A stretch of DNA of 64,000 nucleotides from Candidatus Nomurabacteria bacterium (GTDB taxonomy: Bacteria > Patescibacteriota > Minisyncoccia > Phycocordibacterales > UBA9973): NCBI GenBank assembly GCA_023267375.1, contig JAHFNJ010000001.1, positions 85,878 to 149,877 on the forward strand, in the 5' to 3' direction. A model generated the notes under the pieces. It was not told where the DNA came from, did no database searches, and saw only the letters and a program-made list of their open reading frames with translations. Position 1 is the first letter of the stretch; the number at the start of each line of letters is the position of its first letter. Positions 1 to 9,475 of the stretch are shown in pieces. The translations under genes and the position numbers were made by a program.

Positions 1-18
1 AATGGATACCACACAAAA

Positions 19-3000
19 CTAGAGATTCTGCGCTTTTATTGAAGCTCGTGTCTTTGGACCGAAATAACCAGCAGCTGGAGTGATTCCATTTACTTTTTGC
101 CACTCAGCGAGTGCAGCTTGAGTCAGTTTACCAAAGAAATTTGTGACGCCATGCGCTTTGAGCGCCAGTGCCGCAGGACCTTTATTTTGATCGATTAAGA
201 ATTGCTGAAGAATGGAAACATCACTATCGGTCATGCCGAACTTCAAATCTTTAATCACTTTTTGAATTTCTGAAATCGTTGGAATAGCTTGGTCTGTTGT
301 TGGTGTATTATTGTGGGAATTATTCTCTGCGTCATCCTGAGTTGCAAAGAAATGCGCAGCAATTGTCGTTGATCCACCCAAGCTGCCACCTGAACGGTTC
401 TTGTGCGCAAGCCCTTCTTCATAGAGATCTGAAATATCATCCCCTGAAAGAACTCCGCCATAGACGCGCACGTCATCAATAAGGCCATCAAACCCCGCAC
501 CTCCATCCTGCGGATAACCGATCAGTGCGATACTGTTGTCATTGAGTCGCGCTCTGCTTGTCGTGCCTGATGTATCGAGAGCACCATCAACATACAAAGA
601 AGCAAGTCCACTACGAGCATTTCTAGTAACACAAGTAAGATGCCATTCGTTATCTGAAACTCCTGTCTCGCCGATCACCGTCTCATCACCATTACCCCCA
701 TCCCCATACATAAGGTACCCCTCAGCATCTACACCAAAACCAAAATCAGCGGCACTTCCACCCACTTCACTATCTAGTATCATCATACCCGTATAGTGAT
801 CGAATCCTACCCCAACAGCAGCGGTCTTTATCCATGCACAGATAGAGAAATTATCCTGTGCTGGTCGGTCTATTTGAATTTGAGTAATAGCGTTAAACGA
901 AAAAGCATTATCTATTTTCCCAGATACCCACTTTGCTGCGCCATCAACAGATCCATCATTTTCAGTGTCTGAAGAATCTTTCGCGGTTGTACCAGACTTC
1001 TCATCGAGTTTCCACCAGCCAATGAGTGATGGCGTGAAGTAATTTAATTCAGGAGTTTCATACGAAAGACCATTAATCATTGGATAGCCGTTATTACTAC
1101 TTAGACTAATTCCCCATATATCATCGGTACCAGCGTCATCATTTTGTGTGCCTGTAAAATCCCACGCAGAATCCAACCCCTCACTCTCTGTGTCGGTAAA
1201 TGTCGTGATGCTTTTCATTTGTGATGTAGTCTTTGGAGTTCCTGCGCCATAGCCATTATCAACTGCCTGTCCTGATGTTTGATTATCCCAAAAGACATTG
1301 TTTACGTCAGTACTACCACAACCATCGCAGTTGTACCCAATAAGTCCATTTATAGTTTGGGTATCACCCTCTCCTCCAGAAACCGCACCAGTCGAATAAC
1401 TCTTTTCAACTATTCCATAATTATAACCAACGAGTCCTCCTACTTCTCCAGCCGTACCGGTCACAGAACCGGTTGCAAATGAGTCATGGATCCAGCCAAC
1501 AGAACCATCATCGCCGTTGTTGCCGACAAGTCCGCCGATTCTCCAATTCGTTCCATAGACGTTTCCTGATGCATATGAATTTCTGATTTCCTTCTCATTG
1601 TAGCCAACAAGCCCGCCGGTGGACCAATCACCGTATACATCAGCACTTGAATATGAATTGATAATCGTACTGCCAGCAACGGTATCTACTCGAGGAGTTC
1701 CTTCAATTGCGCGTGTATTCCATGTACTCAAGTATGCAGTATTTTCTGGCGTCATAGGATAACCATTCGTTTCCACTGTGTAATCCGTCATCCCCTGATA
1801 TGGAAGTGGGGTAACCGTCTTCCCAAGCAACCCAATGCTTTCATTCGAAGCATGCTTGTAGTATGCGACATTATTTAAAACAAAACTTCGTTCCATCCCA
1901 TCTGCTGGAGCTACGTACGGAAATTCAATATCCATCTGATCTCCATAGTGCATAATGACGAATTGGTCATTTGTGGATTCAAGAAGTGGTGAAACATTGC
2001 CGTATTTGGTGAAATTACCATACTGACCTTTAAACATCCCGGCTGGTAGCGAGGAAACCTTACTGTAATCATGGTTAATATAAGGAATCTTGCTGATCTC
2101 CGTAAAACCAAGAAGGCCTAAGTTTGCTTTCGTTGGATGATAGGTACTTACCGTAACCGGAACCTGCGGAGCTGTATCGACTGCGAAATAATTCACATAC
2201 ATCGTATCGAATCCGACTTTTACGTGATAATCATTTGTTAAGAATTTACCTGTGAGGTCAATCGTGCGGAGTCGTGGAGTTCCATCAGACCCTAAATCAT
2301 TTTTATTATAAATTTCTACCCAAGCACCTTCAGCATTTTTTACCGCAATAGTACGAAGTGACTGATAGGTTCCGTCAGCTCGCTTCTTTGCACTCGCTTC
2401 ATAATCGCGAGCTGTGCGCATGACAAGCTGTATATTGTCTTTGTTCGACAAATCACCAAAATCAAGAACATAACTGTTCACAAAATTGTCACCAGTATAT
2501 GCCCACTTGTCATCATTATTTTTAAGATCATTGAGACAGTTGTTTCCGCTTGCGTCAGTGCATGAAAGCAGCGGATTAGTTGATGTGTCACTCACTGTCT
2601 TTACGTCAGCTGCTGTTGCATTTCTATTTAATGGTACAGCGATACTGTATCCAGGCGCATGGTCGTATGTGGAAAGCGACAACTCATCATAATAGACAAT
2701 TTCGTTGTACTCCTCGGAAATCTTCATCGAATACTTACCATTTTTAGGGACAAGATCACCCTTGTCTATAGTTGCGGCATCTGCAGGGCTCGTAACTTCT
2801 TTTGGCAGAAGATTCCCGACATCGGCAACATATTTGTAGATATCACCATTCCATGTGTACACTAAAGGGCTTGAATTGTACCAGCTATTACTGTTTATAT
2901 GTCGTCCGGCGATTCCACCAGTATGATCTTCCCCGCTGACAAATCCAGAAATATGCACATTTTCAACAGTACCACTCAAACTACCGACAAGAGCGCCTGT

Positions 3001-3576
3001 ACTATCGAAACCAGTGATATCAACATCAGTAAGCCCTAAGTCATGTACAGTTGCACCACTATCTATTGTTGCAAATAAACCAACAAAATCAGTATTGGGT
3101 CTATTTATATAGAGACTGGTTATGTTGTGACCATTTCCATCAAACGTTCCAGTAAAAGGATTGTCGGGGGCTCCATCTGAGCCAATGGGATTGAAACCAC
3201 TTCCATCTTCCCAAGAGCTCCCATCATTATCAGAATCATTTGGGTTTGTTGCAGAACAATCAACGTCAGCATTCATGACATAGTTTGCATCGATTGGATA
3301 GTCAACATCATTTCCAATTAACTGCAATTCTTCACATGTAGCAATGACTATGTCTGGTCCGCAGTAAAATTGCGGATCTTTAGCATCAAGCCCACATGCA
3401 GTACGACGCAAGTCAGTCGTTTGTTTTGAGGTGGTATCATCAGTTCGGATTGGCATGTCTTCCGCAACTGCGAATTTATTATTAAAAGAAAAAACTCCAA
3501 TAATTAAAAACAAAACAAAAAAACACGCCGAAGCGATTGATGCTAGGTTTTTTTTCATACGCCTAAATAATACCAC
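19..3576 (-). CDS. Large exported/surface protein: GLUG-type beta-helix with a ~390-aa inserted domain, LamG-like domain and C-terminal peptidoglycan-binding domain
   Basis: N-terminal hydrophobic segment; FTGTFDGNGH and repeated GGLVG (GLUG) motifs; LIGWWKLDE...FDGLIDDVRVY (LamG-like); DVSILQQFL...FFGKLTQAALAEWQ...GYFGPKTR (PG_binding_1-like). Confidence 0.8.
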   Translation of the reverse strand: MVLFRRMKKNLASIASACFFVLFLIIGVFSFNNKFAVAEDMPIRTDDTTSKQTTDLRRTACGLDAKDPQFYCGPDIVIATCEELQLIGNDVDYPIDANYVMNADVDCSATNPNDSDNDGSSWEDGSGFNPIGSDGAPDNPFTGTFDGNGHNITSLYINRPNTDFVGLFATIDSGATVHDLGLTDVDITGFDSTGALVGSLSGTVENVHISGFVSGEDHTGGIAGRHINSNSWYNSSPLVYTWNGDIYKYVADVGNLLPKEVTSPADAATIDKGDLVPKNGKYSMKISEEYNEIVYYDELSLSTYDHAPGYSIAVPLNRNATAADVKTVSDTSTNPLLSCTDASGNNCLNDLKNNDDKWAYTGDNFVNSYVLDFGDLSNKDNIQLVMRTARDYEASAKKRADGTYQSLRTIAVKNAEGAWVEIYNKNDLGSDGTPRLRTIDLTGKFLTNDYHVKVGFDTMYVNYFAVDTAPQVPVTVSTYHPTKANLGLLGFTEISKIPYINHDYSKVSSLPAGMFKGQYGNFTKYGNVSPLLESTNDQFVIMHYGDQMDIEFPYVAPADGMERSFVLNNVAYYKHASNESIGLLGKTVTPLPYQGMTDYTVETNGYPMTPENTAYLSTWNTRAIEGTPRVDTVAGSTIINSYSSADVYGDWSTGGLVGYNEKEIRNSYASGNVYGTNWRIGGLVGNNGDDGSVGWIHDSFATGSVTGTAGEVGGLVGYNYGIVEKSYSTGAVSGGEGDTQTINGLIGYNCDGCGSTDVNNVFWDNQTSGQAVDNGYGAGTPKTTSQMKSITTFTDTESEGLDSAWDFTGTQNDDAGTDDIWGISLSSNNGYPMINGLSYETPELNYFTPSLIGWWKLDEKSGTTAKDSSDTENDGSVDGAAKWVSGKIDNAFSFNAITQIQIDRPAQDNFSICAWIKTAAVGVGFDHYTGMMILDSEVGGSAADFGFGVDAEGYLMYGDGGNGDETVIGETGVSDNEWHLTCVTRNARSGLASLYVDGALDTSGTTSRARLNDNSIALIGYPQDGGAGFDGLIDDVRVYGGVLSGDDISDLYEEGLAHKNRSGGSLGGSTTIAAHFFATQDDAENNSHNNTPTTDQAIPTISEIQKVIKDLKFGMTDSDVSILQQFLIDQNKGPAALALKAHGVTNFFGKLTQAALAEWQKVNGITPAAGYFGPKTRASIKAQNL

Positions 3577-3627
3577 ACGAGTATATTCTATCGAATATAG
3601 ATTATGGGGAAAACAAAAAGATACTCT

Positions 3628-3849
3628 CTAGAGTATCTTTTTGAGGTCATCTTGATATTTCATCATGACTTTCTGCATTGCCGTAGTCTGATCCATACCG
3701 CCCTTGATATGCTCCTGTGCTTCCGTCGCTATTTTTTGAAATAGTTCTGGATTCTCAGTCACAATTTTAATAATCCGATCCTGATCCGCTTGCGGCATTC
3801 CTTTCAGCTGCCGCTTTAACATTTGTTTCAATAAAAAATCTTTAAACAT
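3628..3849 (-). CDS. Small helical hypothetical protein (73 aa)
   Basis: Clean ORF with ATG start, amphipathic helical pattern, co-oriented with the downstream surface-protein gene. Confidence 0.7.
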   Translation of the reverse strand: MFKDFLLKQMLKRQLKGMPQADQDRIIKIVTENPELFQKIATEAQEHIKGGMDQTTAMQKVMMKYQDDLKKIL

Positions 3850-3887
3850 ACCAAATTAATATGAACGTTAGTGAATAATTAATTTGA

Positions 3888-4043
3888 GTATCCCGTACGA
3901 AACAAACAACCTATCTCGTGAGAAAACTCAACAAAAAGCATAACTTTCTATTCCTGCCGCAAAACGCGGGGGCGAATAGCCCATCCCTTTCACGCGAAGC
4001 GTTTTGCTATCGCTTTACCACGTTTGTTTTCGTACTGGGATGC
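3888..4043 (-). ncRNA. Candidate structured RNA (rod with central bubble, 6S-like) or long REP/MITE-type element
   Basis: Closing stem 3890-3907/4022-4041, inner stem GCAAAACGC/GCGTTTTGC, preceded on the minus strand by a TTGATA-17-TATACT promoter. Confidence 0.45.
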
Positions 4044-4048
4044 ATCCA

Positions 4049-4077
4049 AGTATAGAGCATCAGGTATAAAGTATCAA
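4049..4077 (-). promoter_or_regulatory. Sigma70-type promoter built from heptamer repeats
   Basis: Minus strand TTGATA (4077-4072), 17 nt, TATACT (4054-4049). Confidence 0.6.
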
Positions 4078-4095
4078 GTTTGGTATACTCACCAT

Positions 4096-4686
4096 ATGGA
4101 GAAACAGGAAAAATTGAAAACACTACACGAGCGATGGTTTGCAAAGTGCACCTGCGAGCTGAAAAAGACTGCTACACAGGCAGTACCTGGCGACGGCAAC
4201 GCAAACTCCCCGATTGTCTTTATCGGTGAAGCTCCGGGGAAAAATGAAGACATCGAAGGTCGTCCATTCGTGGGTACTGCCGGAAAATTCCTTGCAGAAA
4301 TGCTGGAATCGATCGGAATGAAACGCGAAGACATCTACATCACCAACATCGTCAAGTATCGCCCGCCAAACAACCGCGACCCGCTCCCTGAAGAAATCAA
4401 GGCATGCGAGGAATGGCTCGCCGAAGAACTCGCGCTCATTAAACCCACACTCATCGTCTTTCTTGGACGCCACTCAATGAACCACTTTTTTCCGCTTGAA
4501 AAAATTTCTCAAGTGCACGGAAAAATCCTCATCCGTACCTGGCCCGGACTCGGACGACAGCATTTTCTTGCGCTCTACCACCCCGCTGCCGCTTTATATA
4601 ATGGCGGCATGAGAGAAACACTCATTGAAGATTTCAAAAAAATTCCAAAAATTCTAAAGAAAATTGAAAAGGATTCTGAGAAGTAA
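4096..4686 (+). CDS. udg: Uracil-DNA glycosylase, family 4
   Basis: FIGEAPG, GRPFVG, NIVKYRPPNNRDP and LYHPAA motifs; start moved to ATG 4096, 6 nt after TATACT. Confidence 0.93.
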   Translation: MEKQEKLKTLHERWFAKCTCELKKTATQAVPGDGNANSPIVFIGEAPGKNEDIEGRPFVGTAGKFLAEMLESIGMKREDIYITNIVKYRPPNNRDPLPEEIKACEEWLAEELALIKPTLIVFLGRHSMNHFFPLEKISQVHGKILIRTWPGLGRQHFLALYHPAAALYNGGMRETLIEDFKKIPKILKKIEKDSEK

Positions 4687-4699
4687 AATAACCCTAGTG

Positions 4700-5968
4700 T
4701 TATTTTTTTACCGAGTGGTCAATCGCTTCAAGGCACGTAGGACATGATTCACAAATCTGCGTACCACCTCTCCAGGCATCCAAAGCAGTACCGAGTGGAA
4801 GTACTGACATAAAAAAAGACAGGTCTATAAACTCCCGAATAAAGTATGCAATCAAGCCTGAAAACTCAATACTCCCCATTTTAAAAATGGCCCAACCACG
4901 CCCCACTGGAATACAATATGCAACTTTCTTTGGAGTATACGCTGATACTTTTTTCCCCAACAAAGTATTCGCAATCGTTTGCGCGATATATCCTCCATCA
5001 TAGAGTGCCGTCTGTGCCATACCTGAGTATTGCGTGTTTGCTGCATCACCAACAATAAATATATTTGTAAGGCCTTTTGCTTCAAGTGTTTCAGTTACCG
5101 CAACACGGCCATTTTTCTCCATTTGAATACCAGGAATCGTAGCATAGAGATGATTTGGTTTTACACCAGAGGTCCAGATAACTGTTTTGGTTGGCATTGC
5201 TCCATCAGCATGGCCCGTAGGTAAATCCTTCATCAGAAGTGCTGTTTTATTTTCCGCGGTTACCGCCTCGTTGAGCATGACAGTTACACCAAGCAATTCT
5301 AATTGTTTTTTAATTTGTTCAGACATTTTTTCAGGCAAGAGTGGTACGAGTCGCGGAGCAGCTTCGATAAGCGTCACTCGCACTTTTTCGGCGCCAATTT
5401 CATGCCGGCGTGCTAGATCTTGTACATAGGACAAAAGCTCAGCAGAAAGTTCGACACCAGAGGCCCCACCACCCACAACCGCAATCTGAAAATTCGCCGC
5501 AAGTTCTTGTGCGGACAGGCGTGCGTGTTTATCAAAAAGTGCGTGCAAATGTTCTTTAAGAACCAACGCCTCATTGATTGATTTGAATCCGAATGAATTT
5601 TCTGCAAGTCCGGGAATATTGAAATACACCGTTTCACTGCCGAGCGCCAGCACAAGGTATTCGTAGTGATACGACGATCCGCTTTTTCCTACTACTTTTT
5701 TTTCTACTGGATCCACAGAGAGAACATCGTCAACCACGACCTCCACCCGCCTATCACGAAAGATATCAGTAAGTGGGATACAAACTTCAAGCGGCGACTT
5801 TCCTGTCACCACTCGATAGAGTGCTGGATAATATTCAAAATGGTGCTTATTAGAAATGAGGATAATGCGAGTGTTCGGCAGCCGTTTTGCGGCAATCTTT
5901 TTTGCTGTTTCTACTCCAGCAAAACCGCCGCCAACAATGAGTATGGTACGCTCCTTAGTAGGTGTCAT
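4700..5968 (-). CDS. NDH-2-like FAD/NAD(P)H-dependent oxidoreductase
   Basis: GGGFAG and GGGASGVE Rossmann motifs, IFIVGDAA, AQTA. Confidence 0.85.
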   Translation of the reverse strand: MTPTKERTILIVGGGFAGVETAKKIAAKRLPNTRIILISNKHHFEYYPALYRVVTGKSPLEVCIPLTDIFRDRRVEVVVDDVLSVDPVEKKVVGKSGSSYHYEYLVLALGSETVYFNIPGLAENSFGFKSINEALVLKEHLHALFDKHARLSAQELAANFQIAVVGGGASGVELSAELLSYVQDLARRHEIGAEKVRVTLIEAAPRLVPLLPEKMSEQIKKQLELLGVTVMLNEAVTAENKTALLMKDLPTGHADGAMPTKTVIWTSGVKPNHLYATIPGIQMEKNGRVAVTETLEAKGLTNIFIVGDAANTQYSGMAQTALYDGGYIAQTIANTLLGKKVSAYTPKKVAYCIPVGRGWAIFKMGSIEFSGLIAYFIREFIDLSFFMSVLPLGTALDAWRGGTQICESCPTCLEAIDHSVKK

Positions 5969-6028
5969 CTTGCCAAATAGTATACCAAAAAAGGTGTAAA
6001 AACCCTTATAACAGAGTATACTAGGGTA

Positions 6029-6054
6029 TGTAAGACGCGCTCCCGAGAAGCGTC
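6029..6054 (+). promoter_or_regulatory. Putative ECF autoregulatory promoter
   Basis: TGTAAG-16nt-CGTC ending 7 nt before the ECF sigma ATG; CGTC-type -10 elements are typical of ECF promoters. Confidence 0.4.
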
Positions 6055-6061
6055 ACTATAT

Positions 6062-6586
6062 ATGGAAAACGCCTCAAACCCTGACAACATAAAGAGAGCC
6101 TTTCTCGAGAGCTACGATTTGTATAGCGATGCTATTTTCCGCTATGCCTACATGAAGACATCCGATCGCAACAAGGCCATCGATATAGCTCAAGATACCT
6201 TTGCGAGGGCTTGGGAATACGCCGCCAAGGGTGAGCCGATCGTCAATATGCGAGCACTCCTCTACAGGATTGCCCACAACCTAATTGTCGATGGTTACCG
6301 GAAAAAGTCCGCGGTGTCTCTCGACCACCTCATGGAAGAAGGTTTCGATTATGGGACAAACAATACCGAACGAATGATGGACCAGCTTGATGGACACGAA
6401 ACAATGAAGTTGCTCGATAAATTGGACCAGAAATATAGGGATGTGGTGATATGGCGATATATCGATGAACTCTCAGTAAAAGAAATAGCGCAAATTACCG
6501 GCGAAACCGAAAACACAGTGTCAGTCCGCATTCATCGAGGACTTGAGAAAATACGAGAATTAGCAAAATTACAAAACAATGGATAA
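6062..6586 (+). CDS. ECF (sigma-70 family) RNA polymerase sigma factor
   Basis: 174 aa; region 2 (AIDIAQDTFARAW, LYRIAHNLIVD) and region 4 (LSVKEIAQITGETENTVSVRIHRG). Confidence 0.93.
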   Translation: MENASNPDNIKRAFLESYDLYSDAIFRYAYMKTSDRNKAIDIAQDTFARAWEYAAKGEPIVNMRALLYRIAHNLIVDGYRKKSAVSLDHLMEEGFDYGTNNTERMMDQLDGHETMKLLDKLDQKYRDVVIWRYIDELSVKEIAQITGETENTVSVRIHRGLEKIRELAKLQNNG

Positions 6587-7904
6587 AACCGAAGAACAAC
6601 TAAAGAAATTACAAAACATAAAAATGACAGGGGCAGAAAAAAGTGCCTTGCGTTTTCGTGTTGCGTCTTTCATAGAAGCCCATCCTCCACAAAAGATAAT
6701 GGAACCGCTGCAAACACCTCGCTATTCACCGTATGCACGACACTTCTTATTTGGATCACCACTGTCAAAAGGATTTGTGTTGGCAGCGATTGTTTTGCTT
6801 GTTGGCACGAGTGGCGTTGCTCTTGCTTCTCAAGATGCTTTACCAGGAGGAATCCTCTTCCCAGTAAAAATTCATCTTGAAAATATTCAAGGAAAACTAA
6901 CCTTCGGAACGGAAGCAAAAGTTGCTTTTCAATCAAGCCTCGTTGAAAAACGCATCACTGAAATCAATACACTGCAAAAAGAAGGACAGCTTAAAGATGG
7001 TGCTGCAGCAGAAGCCCAGATTGCCTTCACAAAAAACACCGATGATTTGAATGTATCACTTTCTGCTCTCTCAAAAGATGGCAAACACGAAGTACTCGTA
7101 GCAGCGGTGAACAAACTCCGCCCAACACTTGAAAAAGTAGACACCGAGACAGCAGCAATGGCGGAAATTGCTATCGCACCACCAACAGCAACAACCATGA
7201 GTCTCTCAAAAATGGCAGCAGATACAGCACCAGCAGAAAAACAGCCAGAGGATGACACTACAAAAACAAAGGATGATACAGAAAAAGATACACCAGACCA
7301 TGAAGGAAAATCGCTCGCTTTCACAATTCACACACAAAAGGAAAAGATTCTTGCACAGGCAGAAAAACAAGACGATACTACAAATGCTTTCGCTGTAGCT
7401 ACAGACGAGAATGCTACGCAAAATGCAGCTGGTCTCATGCGAGGAGCTGCATCTCTTAAAAAAACACAGAGCGTTGTGCTTCCGGAGAATACATCTAATG
7501 ACAATGCGACTCACAGCACCTTTGGTATCTTGAAAGGCACTCTTGCACCAGACGCCCCTTGTGCTGACGATGAAAAATCATGTGAAGATACAACAGTATA
7601 CATAACGCAAACGATTATTATTTCTGAAAAAGAAACAGGAAAAGAAGTGACACGTATTCATCCAGACAAAGATGGCAGCTACAAAGTAGAACTGCCTGCC
7701 GGAAATTATGTTGCCGCAATCATAAAAAACGAATCGACAATTGCTGTAGATGAACGAGAAGTATTAATCCAAAACGGAAATACAACCAAACTTGATTTTC
7801 CAATGAAAGAAGAATTGGAGGAAAGCGACTTACTCAATACACAGGAGATGAAAGAGTCTAAACCTCTTCAAGAAACAAATTCATTACTCGATTTTCTCCA
7901 CTAA
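6579..7904 (+). CDS. Putative membrane anti-sigma factor (DUF5667-like) with C-terminal beta-sandwich
   Basis: Overlaps the ECF stop; single TM followed by ALPGGILFPVK motif; C-terminal DGSYKVELPAGNY. Confidence 0.7.
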   Translation: MDKTEEQLKKLQNIKMTGAEKSALRFRVASFIEAHPPQKIMEPLQTPRYSPYARHFLFGSPLSKGFVLAAIVLLVGTSGVALASQDALPGGILFPVKIHLENIQGKLTFGTEAKVAFQSSLVEKRITEINTLQKEGQLKDGAAAEAQIAFTKNTDDLNVSLSALSKDGKHEVLVAAVNKLRPTLEKVDTETAAMAEIAIAPPTATTMSLSKMAADTAPAEKQPEDDTTKTKDDTEKDTPDHEGKSLAFTIHTQKEKILAQAEKQDDTTNAFAVATDENATQNAAGLMRGAASLKKTQSVVLPENTSNDNATHSTFGILKGTLAPDAPCADDEKSCEDTTVYITQTIIISEKETGKEVTRIHPDKDGSYKVELPAGNYVAAIIKNESTIAVDEREVLIQNGNTTKLDFPMKEELEESDLLNTQEMKESKPLQETNSLLDFLH

Positions 7905-7920
7905 TTTTTTTTATTTTATA

Positions 7921-7956
7921 CAAAAGAGTGTGAGTCATTGTGCTCACACTCTTTTG
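7921..7956. terminator. Bidirectional intrinsic terminator
   Basis: CAAAAGAGTGTGAG / CTCACACTCTTTTG inverted repeat between convergent genes. Confidence 0.75.
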
Positions 7957-7987
7957 CGTTGCAAGTAGAATGTATTAATACTTTCAC

Positions 7988-9448
7988 TTATTCTACTATC
8001 AAAAATTCATCTGCAAGTGATGTCTCCATGGATTTTTTTCTGCGCAACCATAAAGAGGTACCGATACCACCCGCAACCAGGGCGATCAACCCGCCGGTAA
8101 ACAGTAAGTCATTTGGTTTTGCGGGCGTAGTAGATTCTTTTTGCGGAACCACCACATCAGGAGTTGTAGGCATCGCTGCCGCGGCAAGAACAACATTTGT
8201 GACACTATCGCCAAGCACTTCTGGTTTTATTGGACTATCCGTTACCGCTACAGGCGCTTTTATTTTTGGTTTTGTAACGGCGACAGCTATTTTTGCTTGT
8301 TCTGGAAATACTGAGGCAATAGTGGTATCAGGATATAGTAGCGCGACAGCCTGCCCAGGTTTTATTTCAATACCTAGATTTCGTCCAGCCAGAGTAATTT
8401 TTTTATCTTTTAAAATAATCGAGTTTTTAGGAAACACAAAACTGCTTTGCCCTGAACCAATCGTCCAACCTGAAATATCCATGTCAATGCCTGAAGTATT
8501 TGAAAGTTCAATGCCACCTTTCGCATCATACGAAATATGCGAAATAACAACACGTGGAGTGATCACACTCACTGTCGTCCGCGCGACCGCATCAGGCAAA
8601 GATCCAACAAAAACAGTTTCGTAATATTCAAGCGTCACCACATAGTCACCTGAATATGCAAAAGTGTGCGTGAAGGTACCTGGATCTTTTATATCTTCCC
8701 TGCTTGTACCGTCACCAAAATTCCAAACCCAACGACCTTGATCTAAGGTCTCGCGCTTCGTTCCAGTGGTCATTTCTGAAAAAGTTGTAGGGATTCCCGT
8801 TACGGCTTTTTGACTCGTAATAATTTTTGTAACTATCGGGGACAGAATAGTTGGATGTACATCTTGGGTATTTGTATTCACTAAAGTACTGCCCGCAATA
8901 TGTAGGGTGTCATTATTGTTGTTGTCTGTGTTGCTTTCGCCTTGATTTGCAGCATCTGGAGTTGGCTCACCACTCACCCACGAACCATCGACAAACTGCA
9001 TTGTTTCTTTAGTTGTATTATCACCCGCCGGCCAACCACTAGCAAAATCAAGTGAATCAACCACTTTTCCCGAAGCATCTTTAAGCACCAGATCTTCTCC
9101 TATGTTAGAAAGCCCTCCATTACCGAAGCTGCCAGATTCATCAGTAATTGAAGGCAGTGCATCAGGCATGGATGCTGTTGTCCGTTCAACAACCAAATAT
9201 CCGCCAGCACTAATTGTTTTCGAGAATGTAAAGATAAGCTTACTGCCACCGGCCTTTGCGAGCGTCCAACCAGAAAGTGACACACCCGTCGTGCCATTGT
9301 TATACAGTTCTACCCATTCGCCATATTGCCCGTTTGCTCCAGAAACCCCCATCCATGCAACCTCATTAATCAAGACATCAGCCTTCGCAAGCGCAGGCGT
9401 AAATAAAAATAATGCGATAAGAAAAAATAAATATTTCTTCATACTCAT
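7988..9448 (-). CDS. Surface protein with lamin-tail and PKD domains and C-terminal membrane anchor
   Basis: Signal peptide; VLINEVAW...EWVELYN (lamin tail); WNFGDG...HTFAYSGDYVVTL (PKD); TM followed by RRKK. Confidence 0.85.
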   Translation of the reverse strand: MSMKKYLFFLIALFLFTPALAKADVLINEVAWMGVSGANGQYGEWVELYNNGTTGVSLSGWTLAKAGGSKLIFTFSKTISAGGYLVVERTTASMPDALPSITDESGSFGNGGLSNIGEDLVLKDASGKVVDSLDFASGWPAGDNTTKETMQFVDGSWVSGEPTPDAANQGESNTDNNNNDTLHIAGSTLVNTNTQDVHPTILSPIVTKIITSQKAVTGIPTTFSEMTTGTKRETLDQGRWVWNFGDGTSREDIKDPGTFTHTFAYSGDYVVTLEYYETVFVGSLPDAVARTTVSVITPRVVISHISYDAKGGIELSNTSGIDMDISGWTIGSGQSSFVFPKNSIILKDKKITLAGRNLGIEIKPGQAVALLYPDTTIASVFPEQAKIAVAVTKPKIKAPVAVTDSPIKPEVLGDSVTNVVLAAAAMPTTPDVVVPQKESTTPAKPNDLLFTGGLIALVAGGIGTSLWLRRKKSMETSLADEFLIVE

Positions 9449-9475
9449 TTCGTAGTATTTTTATAAATAAATTAT

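Noticed and set aside
5205-5225. LPTGHAD segment in the NDH-2-like protein as a decayed in-frame palindromic insertion
   Set aside because: Contains CCTACGGG but the palindrome is no longer evident; cannot be supported without an alignment
7938-8624. 228-aa plus-strand ORF and similar long antisense ORFs (e.g. 43921-44355, 52101-52694, 63390-63992)
   Set aside because: Shadow frames of confidently identified genes on the opposite strand
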